The notes under the pieces are model-generated. The model was not told the DNA's origin, ran no database searches, and saw only the letters and a list, made by a program, of their open reading frames with translations. From Saprospiraceae bacterium (GTDB lineage Bacteria; Bacteroidota; Bacteroidia; Chitinophagales; Saprospiraceae): a DNA stretch of 64,000 bases. Shown piece after piece: positions 8,896 to 17,114 of the stretch. The translations under genes and the position numbers were made by a program. The stretch lies in contig DASRXQ010000029.1 of the NCBI GenBank assembly GCA_035654115.1, positions 29,187 to 93,186 on the forward strand, in the 5' to 3' direction. Positions within the stretch are counted from its first letter, which is position 1, and the number at the start of each line of letters is the position of its first letter.

Positions 8896-10009
8896 AGGTT
8901 TGTTTTTTCCTTCTTTCATCTTACTTCTTGTATGCTTCTCTTCCTGTGATACTACGCACCAGGTTGGAAAAACGAACACCGTCGGGAATGAGGCTATGGG
9001 TGCAAAGCCCAAAAATGTCATCTTCCTGATAGGTGATGGAATGGGACTGCCTCAGATCACTGGTGCAATGTATATGAATGGTAATAAAACCATATTCGAG
9101 CATTTCAAAAATGTAGGTTTTCATAAATCTCATTCTGCCGATAACCTGGTGACAGATAGCGCTGCAGGTGCAGCAGCATTTGCTTCAGGTGTAAAAACAA
9201 ATAATGGTTACCTGGGTGTGGATGCGCATAAAAAATCAGTACCCACGATCCTTGAAATGGCGGAGAATAAGGGACTGGCTACAGGCATGGTGGTAACGTG
9301 CTCTATGACACATGCAACTCCTGCAGCTTTTATTGCTCATATCGCAGGTCGCCAGGATAAAGAAGCGATTGCTTTACAATTTCTGAATACACCTATAGAT
9401 CTTTTTATTGGTGGTGGAGAAAAAGCATTTACACAAAGGGCAGATGGACGTGATCTGGTCAGTGAGCTTACCACAAAAGGATATGTCATAAATGATCTTG
9501 CACATTTACCCATTGAAAATTTGGATATCAATACGAAAAAAAATATCGGCTTCTTCACTTCAGATGACGAACCTGGTAGTTTTTCCGGAGGAAGGAACTA
9601 TGATCTTACTGCAACACAAAAAGCACTTCGTTTTTTAAATGAAAGATCTCCTGCAGGTTTTTTCCTGATGATCGAAGGATCACAGATCGATTGGGGCGGT
9701 CATGACAATGATGCAAATTATGTGGTGACAGAACTGCATGCATTTGAAAAAATGATCGCAGAAGCACTTGATTTCGCTGCAAAGGATGGTAACACATTAG
9801 TCATCGTGACAGCAGATCATGAAACCGGTGGCTTCGCAGTTAACCCGGGTTCAAAACTTGATCATATTGAAGTTGCATTTACTACAAAGAGTCATACGGC
9901 CATGATGATCCCTGTATTTGCAGAAGGACCTGGTGCAGAATTATTCAGGGGTATTTATGAGAATACGGATATCTTTTTCAAGCTGAAGTCTTTGATGAGC
10001 CTGGAGTGA
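8879..10009 (+). CDS. Alkaline phosphatase (PhoA family) lipoprotein
   Basis: It has IGDGMG, the Ser-nucleophile motif TDSAAGAAAFASG, ADHETGG and a lipoprotein-type signal LLLVCFSSC. I start it at ATG 8879, not at the ORF-track start 8789. It overlaps the end of dprA by 17 nt. Confidence 0.85.
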   Translation: MQRWVKGLFFPSFILLLVCFSSCDTTHQVGKTNTVGNEAMGAKPKNVIFLIGDGMGLPQITGAMYMNGNKTIFEHFKNVGFHKSHSADNLVTDSAAGAAAFASGVKTNNGYLGVDAHKKSVPTILEMAENKGLATGMVVTCSMTHATPAAFIAHIAGRQDKEAIALQFLNTPIDLFIGGGEKAFTQRADGRDLVSELTTKGYVINDLAHLPIENLDINTKKNIGFFTSDDEPGSFSGGRNYDLTATQKALRFLNERSPAGFFLMIEGSQIDWGGHDNDANYVVTELHAFEKMIAEALDFAAKDGNTLVIVTADHETGGFAVNPGSKLDHIEVAFTTKSHTAMMIPVFAEGPGAELFRGIYENTDIFFKLKSLMSLE

Positions 10010-10027
10010 ATCGTCTTTACCCCCCGG

Positions 10028-10215
10028 CCCCCTGAAAAAGGGGGAGTTGTTTTGATTTTGTAAATGATATTGATCCTGAAAGAAAATTCACATTTTATTT
10101 TGATCCCTAAGGGATCTTTATAGCAAAATGATCCCGAAGGGATCACATATCAATGGCCCGGGGTGGAACCCCGGGAAGGAGTGCGAAGCGCAATTTTCGA
10201 CCCTGAAGGGGTCGA
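10028..10215. repeat. Cluster of five mini-hairpins; the first probably acts as the phosphatase terminator
   Basis: The hairpins are ccccc-tgaaaaa-ggggg (10028-10044, followed by T-rich sequence), gatccc-taa-gggatc (10102-10116), gatccc-gaa-gggatc (10130-10144), cccgggg-tggaa-ccccggg (10157-10175) and tcgaccc-tgaa-ggggtcga (10197-10215). Confidence 0.8.
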
Positions 10216-10245
10216 ATAAAAATCTTCCTCTACATTCGTATCAAT

Positions 10246-11433
10246 ATGTCAATACGATCTTCATTCCTCCGTCACATAGCACAAACATCTTCTGATCCTG
10301 ATGGATTTGAGGTGGTAAGAGGTGAGGGAATTTTCCTTTATAACAAAGACGGAAATGCCTTCATCGATTGTATCTCCGGCATTTCGGTATCCTCTCTCGG
10401 ACACAATCATCCAAAAATCATCGATGCCATCCGTCATCAGCTGGACCTTCATCTCCACACGCATGTCTATGGCGAGCATATCACCATTCCACAAGTTGCA
10501 TTAGGAGAAAAATTAGCAGAACTTCTTCCACCATCACTCCGCACATCTTATTTCACAAACTCCGGAGCAGAAGCTGTCGAAGGTGCATTAAAGCTTGCCA
10601 GGAAATACACAGAACGGTATGACATCATCGCATGCCGGCATGCATATCATGGCAGTACAGCAGGAGCAGAGAGTTTGAGAAGTGATATTGCTCATACATC
10701 TTCTTTCAGGCCGATGGTACCCGGCATTCATCATATCAATTTCAATTCATTCGATGATATCAATACCATCACTGAGAAAATCGCAGCCGTCATCATCGAA
10801 CCTATCCAGGGAGAAGCGGGTGTGATCATTCCTGTTGATGGTTATCTCGCAGCTTTAAAAAAGAAATGCAAGGAGATGGGTGTACTGCTCATCTTTGATG
10901 AAATACAAACTGGCATGGGCCGCACAGGCAGCATGTGGGCATTCGAACAGGAAGATGTGATCCCGGATATTCTTCTTTTAGCAAAATCATTCGGAGGCGG
11001 GCTGCCATTAGGAGCATTTATTTCGAGTGAAGAAATCATGCATGTGCTTTCACATGATCCACCACTTGGCCACTTAACTACTTTCGGAGGAAATGCATTG
11101 AGCTGTGCCGCGAGCCTTGCAGCTATACAAATCATCACAGAAGAAAATCTTCCTGGAAAAGCAATTGCCTTAGGTAAAAAAATAAGAGACTCCTTAATCC
11201 ATCATCCGGTTATCCGTGAGATCAGAAACCGTGGATTGATGATGGCCATCGAACTTAAAAATCCTGATCATTTGCATGCAGCAGTCAAAGCCTGTAAAGA
11301 AGAAGGATTGCTGGTGGATTGGTTTTTGTTCAATAACCGGTCGATAAGACTAGCGCCGCCACTTGTCATTAATGAAGATGAAATTGATATAATGTGTGAA
11401 AAGATGTGGAAAGCACTTGATACAATTCATTAA
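10246..11433 (+). CDS. Class-III (acetylornithine/ornithine-type) PLP aminotransferase
   Basis: 395 aa with SGAEAVEGALKLARK, FDEIQTGMGRTG and the PLP-lysine context LLAKSFGGGLPLGAF. Confidence 0.85.
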   Translation: MSIRSSFLRHIAQTSSDPDGFEVVRGEGIFLYNKDGNAFIDCISGISVSSLGHNHPKIIDAIRHQLDLHLHTHVYGEHITIPQVALGEKLAELLPPSLRTSYFTNSGAEAVEGALKLARKYTERYDIIACRHAYHGSTAGAESLRSDIAHTSSFRPMVPGIHHINFNSFDDINTITEKIAAVIIEPIQGEAGVIIPVDGYLAALKKKCKEMGVLLIFDEIQTGMGRTGSMWAFEQEDVIPDILLLAKSFGGGLPLGAFISSEEIMHVLSHDPPLGHLTTFGGNALSCAASLAAIQIITEENLPGKAIALGKKIRDSLIHHPVIREIRNRGLMMAIELKNPDHLHAAVKACKEEGLLVDWFLFNNRSIRLAPPLVINEDEIDIMCEKMWKALDTIH

Positions 11434-11562
11434 AAGAGAGATAGCGTTAAACCTTAACCAAATCATAAAGGTCATAAAAACCTACTTGACAAATTAATTC
11501 CAATAATAGAGGGCATGCAACAGCATACCATTGCATGCCTTCTATAATATTATACTTAAATT

Positions 11563-12204
11563 ATGAAATATCTGATTTTATTAGCATTAATGGTTTACGC
11601 ACCAAATATTATATTGTTTAGTCAAACATATATCTCGCCTGTAATTGGTTTGGCCTTTTCTAAGGTTCAAAGCAGGGATTTTCTAGCAACGGGTTATGAA
11701 AATATAATACCATTAGAAAAAGGTTATGCTAATGCAAGCCCACAAATTGGGCTGAGGGTTAAGCAACGATTTTTTAAAAAGGCTGATCTAGAATTGACAA
11801 GTAAATTCTCTCATAATCAAATCCCAGCTGAAATTAATAGTATAGTTGATATTGAAGGGTTTGAATTCAATTACTTTCAGACTGATTTCACAGTTCAATA
11901 TTATATTTTACCTGGCATGTATATAGGGAGTGGATTTAGTTATAATCAACTTCGAAAAGTCAAGAGTATTGTTAAATTAAACAGAGATTTATATAGAATC
12001 AATGAATCCGGATTTATTTTTTCAATAGGAAAGATGTTCAAAAATTTTAATTTGGAATTATATTATTATAAAGGATTATCAAAAATTGAAATCAGAGATT
12101 TTGATTTGTATTTAAAGCCAATATCAACTTTTGGCATTAGCTTAAGCTATGATATTAAAGTATTTAATAAAATTTGGAGAAAGGTAGATTGTCCTAAATT
12201 TTAA
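11563..12204 (+). CDS. Hypothetical signal-peptide protein, beta-barrel-like, in an AT-rich gene
   Basis: It has an N-terminal hydrophobic signal and alternating aromatic/Gly strands. I recognised no family. Confidence 0.4.
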   Translation: MKYLILLALMVYAPNIILFSQTYISPVIGLAFSKVQSRDFLATGYENIIPLEKGYANASPQIGLRVKQRFFKKADLELTSKFSHNQIPAEINSIVDIEGFEFNYFQTDFTVQYYILPGMYIGSGFSYNQLRKVKSIVKLNRDLYRINESGFIFSIGKMFKNFNLELYYYKGLSKIEIRDFDLYLKPISTFGISLSYDIKVFNKIWRKVDCPKF

Positions 12205-12310
12205 TCCTTTTATACAGCTTTTCGTTTGCGTGAAGAGATCTGCCAGGTTAATCAAAAACATTAATTAATTTTTCAGAAGGAGATGATCTTGAAGAATCTC
12301 ATAATATTAG

Positions 12311-13807
12311 CTACAACTCCTTCCTCAACCTCGCCACAGGAATATTCAGCTGCTCCCGGTATTTTGCAACTGTACGTCGCGCTATGCTATAGCCTTTGTG
12401 TTCCAGCATCTGCCTGAGCTTTTCATCAGACAATGGTTTCCTTTTATGTTCACCTGCTATGATCTCACCCAGGATCGATTTAACTTCCTGCGTAGAAACT
12501 TCATCACCTTCTACATTGACAATGGATTCGGAAAAGAAATCTTTCAAACGTTTCGTTCCAAATTCTGTCTGAACAAACTTACTACTGGCTACACGTGATA
12601 CTGTAGAAATATCAAGACTCGTCAACTCTGCAATATCCCGTAAGATCATTGGCTTGAGCTTCGTCGAATCACCTGTCAGGAAAAACTCTTTCTGAAACTG
12701 CATGATGGCATACATTGTCTGTTTCAGGGTATGCTGTCGTTGCTTGATCGCATCAATAAACCATTTTGCAGAATCAATCTTCTGCTTTATAAAAATGATA
12801 GCTTCTTTATTTTCCTTTTTGACGGTATTAGCTTCACGTTTTGTCTGATATGATTTCAGCATATCTACATATTGATCATTGATTCGCAGGTCAGGTGCGT
12901 TTCTTAAGTCCATGGTCAACTCCAATTCACCGTCACGATTTGTGACCATGAAATCAGGAATGATCGTCTGTGTCTGTGTATCAAACTGGCTGGTATAGCC
13001 ACTTGCAGGTTTGGGATTCAGTTTCAGGATTTCATCAAGAGCTCCTTTCAATTGTGCTTCTGATATCTCCAGTTGCCGTTGAAGCCTTGAAAAATGTTTT
13101 TTGGAAAAGGCTTCAAAATATTTGGTCAGGATAAGCTGTGCGAGCTTTAATGTCTGAACCAATTGTTCTTCTTCCATAGCCTCAGCCAGGTTCAACCGTT
13201 GCTGCAATTGTATCATCAACGTCTCCCGAAGATCACGCGCACCTACTCCCGGGGGATCAAAACGCTGGATCATCGCCAGCACTTCCACTACTTGCTTTGT
13301 AGTCACTTCAATATTGAACGCAAACAGGATATCATCGATGAGCGATGGAATATCACGCCTGAGATAACCTGTATCATCAATGCTGCCGATGATCTGCTGC
13401 GCAATGATGCGATGCACTTCAGAGTCGAGATTGAGAAGGCCTAATTGCTGATCGAGATAATCATGAAATGTGCTGGAAACGACCGCGGGTAAATTCTTTT
13501 CCCTTTGTTCAGTTGGTGTTTCCATAGTATGATAGCTTACGGGGTCATCTTCAATGTAATCATTGAGATAATCGTCGAGCTCATAGTCTTCGTCTTTTTC
13601 TTTTTCCGCGGCATCACTTTTCTCATCCTGGGAGTCGGAGGCAGATTCATTGTAGTTATCCGGCTCTTCTAAGGCCGGATTCGCTTCCAGTTCCTCCTTG
13701 ATCCGCTGCTCGAGTGATACGGTAGGGATCTGCAGCAGTTTCATCAACTGGATCTGCTGAGGGGAGAGTTTCTGTAGAAGCTTCTGTGAAAGTTGTTGTC
13801 TGATCAT
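12311..13807 (-). CDS. rpoN: RNA polymerase sigma-54 factor
   Basis: 498 aa with an N-terminal Gln/Leu-rich region I, an acidic linker, an HTH, and the RpoN box ARRTVAKYREQLNIP. Confidence 0.94.
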   Translation of the reverse strand: MIRQQLSQKLLQKLSPQQIQLMKLLQIPTVSLEQRIKEELEANPALEEPDNYNESASDSQDEKSDAAEKEKDEDYELDDYLNDYIEDDPVSYHTMETPTEQREKNLPAVVSSTFHDYLDQQLGLLNLDSEVHRIIAQQIIGSIDDTGYLRRDIPSLIDDILFAFNIEVTTKQVVEVLAMIQRFDPPGVGARDLRETLMIQLQQRLNLAEAMEEEQLVQTLKLAQLILTKYFEAFSKKHFSRLQRQLEISEAQLKGALDEILKLNPKPASGYTSQFDTQTQTIIPDFMVTNRDGELELTMDLRNAPDLRINDQYVDMLKSYQTKREANTVKKENKEAIIFIKQKIDSAKWFIDAIKQRQHTLKQTMYAIMQFQKEFFLTGDSTKLKPMILRDIAELTSLDISTVSRVASSKFVQTEFGTKRLKDFFSESIVNVEGDEVSTQEVKSILGEIIAGEHKRKPLSDEKLRQMLEHKGYSIARRTVAKYREQLNIPVARLRKEL

Positions 13808-13830
13808 AGTGACACTGAGGGTGCTATACG

Positions 13831-13838
13831 CAAATATA
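13831..13838 (-). promoter_or_regulatory. -7 promoter box TATATTTG for rpoN
   Basis: The minus strand matches TAnnTTTG, 23 nt upstream of the ATG at 13807. Confidence 0.5.
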
Positions 13839-14049
13839 GTATTCCATATTCATATTACGAAAATATTTAATTTGAATTAGGTTATAAGGTATTGGTTATT
13901 AGCAGTAAGACAGGTCATTGGGGTAAAGAAATTAGTTTTTAGCCATGTGTAAAAGGACAGATTATAAGGTTTTAGGCAATCCCCATAACCAACAACCTAT
14001 ACCTGGTCTTATATCCTTCAACCAAAAACCTTAGCCCATGTTTAATGAC

Positions 14050-14057
14050 TAATTTTG
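14050..14057 (+). promoter_or_regulatory. -7 promoter box TAATTTTG for the cyclase gene
   Basis: Matches TAnnTTTG, 28 nt upstream of the GTG start at 14086. Confidence 0.45.
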
Positions 14058-14085
14058 CCCTTCGATTTGAATTCTAACCATCATC

Positions 14086-15216
14086 GTGAATACCAGGCAC
14101 CCGGATACTCCTGATTCACCTCCTATATTGGAGGTTTTCAGATCCAGAAACGAATTGGATAAAATACTTTGGATCACAGGGATCTGGGTATTCTTTTCCA
14201 TCTGCCAGTCTGTGTACGATTACCTGGTCCTCCTGTCCCAGCATGTGGATTTATCCGGATACGATTTTCTGACATCTCTGATGGTCAATGCGATCGCAAC
14301 TTTTATAGCCGGGATGATCGGAGGCGCTATCCTGGTAGCATATCTGCAACGATGGGTCAGGAATCATCCCTACGGACAAGCCATTGGATTTATCCTGATC
14401 GCCTTTACGTTCATCATCTGTTTTGTTACTGTGCTTGCTTTTCTTACACGTGTCACACTGACTGGTGATGAGACTCTTGGTAAGAAAGATATTTTATCCC
14501 AGCTGGGACATCACATTCGCAGTTTATCCTTTGCTAAAGATTATTTCCTGTGGCTCTTCATCGTGCTAGCAACGATAGCAGGCCTTCTCATCAATGATAA
14601 ATATGGCCCGGGAAACCTCAAGAGCTTTTTTATGGGAAGGTATTTCAGGCCAAAACGTGAAGAGCATATTTTCATGTTTCTTGATCTTAGAGCATCCACT
14701 TACATCGCCCAGATCCTGGGTGAAGTGCAATATTTCAATTTCATCAAAGATGTGATCCGTGATGTGACACCTGTGATCCTGCGGTTCAAGGGAAATATAT
14801 ACCAATATGTAGGAGATGAAGTCACTGTAAGCTGGTGGATGAAACCCGGATTGAATAAGCTCAATTGCATCCGTTGCCCGATTGAAGTCAGGAAAATTTT
14901 TAATCACCGGTCATCTTATTACATGGCGCAATATGGTGTGACACCTGACTTTAAAGCAGGCCTTCATTGCGGCCCTGTGATGGTAGGTGAAATCGGTGTC
15001 GTCAAACGTGACATTGCATTTTCCGGCGAAGTGGTCGGCACAGCTGCACGCATTCAAAACCGCTGTAACCATCTTGAAGTCAATCTTCTGATCTCCCACG
15101 ATCTGAAGGAGCTTCTTCCATGGGAAGGATCAAAGCTTAAACCGGAGCATAAAGGTGATCTGCTGATCAAGGGGAAGATGGAGAATCTGCCTCTTTACAC
15201 AGTTATCTCTGAATAA
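14086..15216 (+). CDS. Membrane-anchored class III adenylate/guanylate cyclase
   Basis: It has about 5 N-terminal TM helices and a C-terminal cyclase homology domain (FMFLDLRASTYI, YVGDEVTVSW, HCGPVMVGEIG, FSGEVVGTAARIQ). Confidence 0.78.
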   Translation: MNTRHPDTPDSPPILEVFRSRNELDKILWITGIWVFFSICQSVYDYLVLLSQHVDLSGYDFLTSLMVNAIATFIAGMIGGAILVAYLQRWVRNHPYGQAIGFILIAFTFIICFVTVLAFLTRVTLTGDETLGKKDILSQLGHHIRSLSFAKDYFLWLFIVLATIAGLLINDKYGPGNLKSFFMGRYFRPKREEHIFMFLDLRASTYIAQILGEVQYFNFIKDVIRDVTPVILRFKGNIYQYVGDEVTVSWWMKPGLNKLNCIRCPIEVRKIFNHRSSYYMAQYGVTPDFKAGLHCGPVMVGEIGVVKRDIAFSGEVVGTAARIQNRCNHLEVNLLISHDLKELLPWEGSKLKPEHKGDLLIKGKMENLPLYTVISE

Positions 15217-15229
15217 AATAGAAGTTAAG

Positions 15230-15367
15230 CGTCGGTTGACCGACGTTTTGGTGAGTTCAAATTTTAATTTGAATAAAAAGTTTTCATCACGCAAAGCGCA
15301 GCTTTGCAGACACCAAGACGTCGGTCAACCGACGCCTAGCGATGTAGTTGGTCAACTAACGCCTAGC
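15230..15367. repeat. Three copies of a GTCGGTCAACCGAC-type palindrome; the first is terminator-like
   Basis: The copies are cgtcggttgaccgacg+tttt (15230-15249), acgtcggtcaaccgacgcctagc (15318-15340) and tagttggtcaactaacgcctagc (15345-15367, 27-nt period). A gcaaagc-gca-gctttgc hairpin lies at about 15289-15308. Confidence 0.8.
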
Positions 15368-15372
15368 ACATT

Positions 15373-16506
15373 TCAATCCACGATCTTCTTCTTCCCTAAC
15401 TGGGCTAGCTCTATCCTTAATCCCAAATGCTTCGATGAACCGGCCTGGTGATAAACTGCAAAACCATAATCAAGAATAAACGCCTTGAGATTAACACCAA
15501 CGCCTGCTGAAAATCCTGCGAGGCTGCGAAGATTAATCACTGAAAGCTCTCTCCTGCGCTGATGATTGTAACCGATGCGCAACATTAAACTTTCTTTCTT
15601 GCCAATAAGAAATTCTCCGCCGAAGGTCAGATGCCTGAATGTATTGTCAACACTTTGTCCAAATTTACTTGGTGGCTTTGGCTCCTCACCTCCGAGATCA
15701 AGACCGTTTTGTTCGTCAAGAGGACTATCGTATCGAAGATCCCAACGATTGAGATCATGAGCCAATATCGAAAGCCTGAAGGGTACATATTGCAATCGCT
15801 TGGAATATCCTAACTGAAAATCCACCGGCATGCGACCTCTTTCCTGATCAGGAAAATATTTTGAAAATTGTACACCCGTTCCTCGCAGCACTACAGCGTA
15901 ATAATTATAACCATCTTCGCTTCTATACGTAATGCCTGCATCTACAGCAAGTCCATTCGAACGATACGTTTCTAATGAGGATTGAATATACTGCACCAGC
16001 AATCCGCCTGTCATTCGTTCATTCAGTTGCTTCGAGATACCGACATGTACCGCTAAATCTTTTGCTTTGAATTCACCAGTCACATTTCCCAATTCATCCG
16101 CAGCAGTAAAAGTACCATAGGACAAATAGTGAACACCGGCATGCAACGTTGATTTTAAGCCGGAAAAATATTTTGCATACCCTGCATAACCATTATTGAT
16201 GCCGACGAAATGAAAATTATTCTGAAAGACAAGACTTCCATTCATCGACTCATTCAGCATCGCGGGATTTCCACCTACGAGGTTGTAGTCGTCTGATATC
16301 ACAGCGATCTGACTTCCACCAAGCGCAGTGGACCGGGCTGAAGTTGTAAGATTTATGAATTCAAATATGCGTTCTCCTCCGCGCTGGCTCCATAAGGAAG
16401 GTGACCAGCTAAGAAAGAGAAGTATAAGCCAGTTATATCTTTTGCCAGGTTGTAACACATCTCCCACTGTCGCAAAGCATTGTTTTGTATAACGTTCCTG
16501 ATTCAT
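15373..16506 (-). CDS. Outer-membrane beta-barrel protein, PorQ-like T9SS component (tentative; start uncertain)
   Basis: The N-terminal motif FEFINLTTSARSTALGGSQIAV...GGNPAML resembles the PorQ-family signature as I recall it. The rest is Gly/aromatic-rich beta-barrel sequence. The ORF-track start overlaps the upstream gene by 74 nt. Confidence 0.5.
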   Translation of the reverse strand: MNQERYTKQCFATVGDVLQPGKRYNWLILLFLSWSPSLWSQRGGERIFEFINLTTSARSTALGGSQIAVISDDYNLVGGNPAMLNESMNGSLVFQNNFHFVGINNGYAGYAKYFSGLKSTLHAGVHYLSYGTFTAADELGNVTGEFKAKDLAVHVGISKQLNERMTGGLLVQYIQSSLETYRSNGLAVDAGITYRSEDGYNYYAVVLRGTGVQFSKYFPDQERGRMPVDFQLGYSKRLQYVPFRLSILAHDLNRWDLRYDSPLDEQNGLDLGGEEPKPPSKFGQSVDNTFRHLTFGGEFLIGKKESLMLRIGYNHQRRRELSVINLRSLAGFSAGVGVNLKAFILDYGFAVYHQAGSSKHLGLRIELAQLGKKKIVD

Positions 16507-17026
16507 CGTAAAGATTTAGTATTCCGTCTTCATTCGGGCCGTGAAGATAAGTGCCCTTCGTCTGCAATGTACCATCGGGATAATATTCCGTGAAAGGACC
16601 CATCTCTTCGTTCTGCACCATCATCACTTCTTCAAGCAGCTTTCCCTGTTCATTATATTTTCGCCAGACACCGTACATAGCACCATCGACATATTCTCCC
16701 TGGAGCTCCAGCTGGCCACTCGGGAAAAAATATTCATACAGATCCGACATCTGCCCTTTTGTATAATGTTCGCGGACCTTGACTTTGCCATCCGGAAAAA
16801 AGATCTCCCGGACACCTTCCAGTTGGCCGGCTGCATACACACCTTTCTCAAGGATGGTGCCTGCTGAATCGACCTTTGTATAGGGACCTTCGTAGGATTG
16901 ATCTTTTGGATTAATCGTGTAGGTGGTCTTAAACCCGCTGGAAGGATCTGTTTCTTCCTTTGTGTTTTGAGCCTGGCAGCCCGCTAAGAAGACTGCGAGG
17001 ATGATGAGATTTCTGATAGGTAGCAT
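16433..17026 (-). CDS. MORN-variant repeat (YwqK-family-like) lipoprotein
   Basis: It has the lipobox ILAVFLAGC and repeated G.Y..G...G....F/Y.DG motifs (GVYAAGQLEGVREIFFPDGKV..., GEYVDGAMYGVWRKYNEQGKL...). Confidence 0.6.
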   Translation of the reverse strand: MLPIRNLIILAVFLAGCQAQNTKEETDPSSGFKTTYTINPKDQSYEGPYTKVDSAGTILEKGVYAAGQLEGVREIFFPDGKVKVREHYTKGQMSDLYEYFFPSGQLELQGEYVDGAMYGVWRKYNEQGKLLEEVMMVQNEEMGPFTEYYPDGTLQTKGTYLHGPNEDGILNLYDESGTLYKTMLCDSGRCVTTWQKI

Positions 17027-17056
17027 TAAAGATTTTAAACGAATAGCCTTACATGA

Positions 17057-17090
17057 AATTGCCCGGCCTGGTAACCCCGGCCGGGCAATT
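17057..17090. terminator. GC-rich hairpin downstream of the PpiD-like gene
   Basis: aaattgcccggc ... gccgggcaattt. The flanking T runs are weak. Confidence 0.4.
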
Positions 17091-17114
17091 TTATATTTCC
17101 AAAGATTCCAGGTC

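Noticed and set aside
15236-15451. 71-aa plus-strand ORF in the cyclase/PorQ-like spacer
   Set aside because: It is made from the palindromic repeats (VGQPTPSDVVGQLTPS) and overlaps the 3' end of the PorQ-like gene in antisense.
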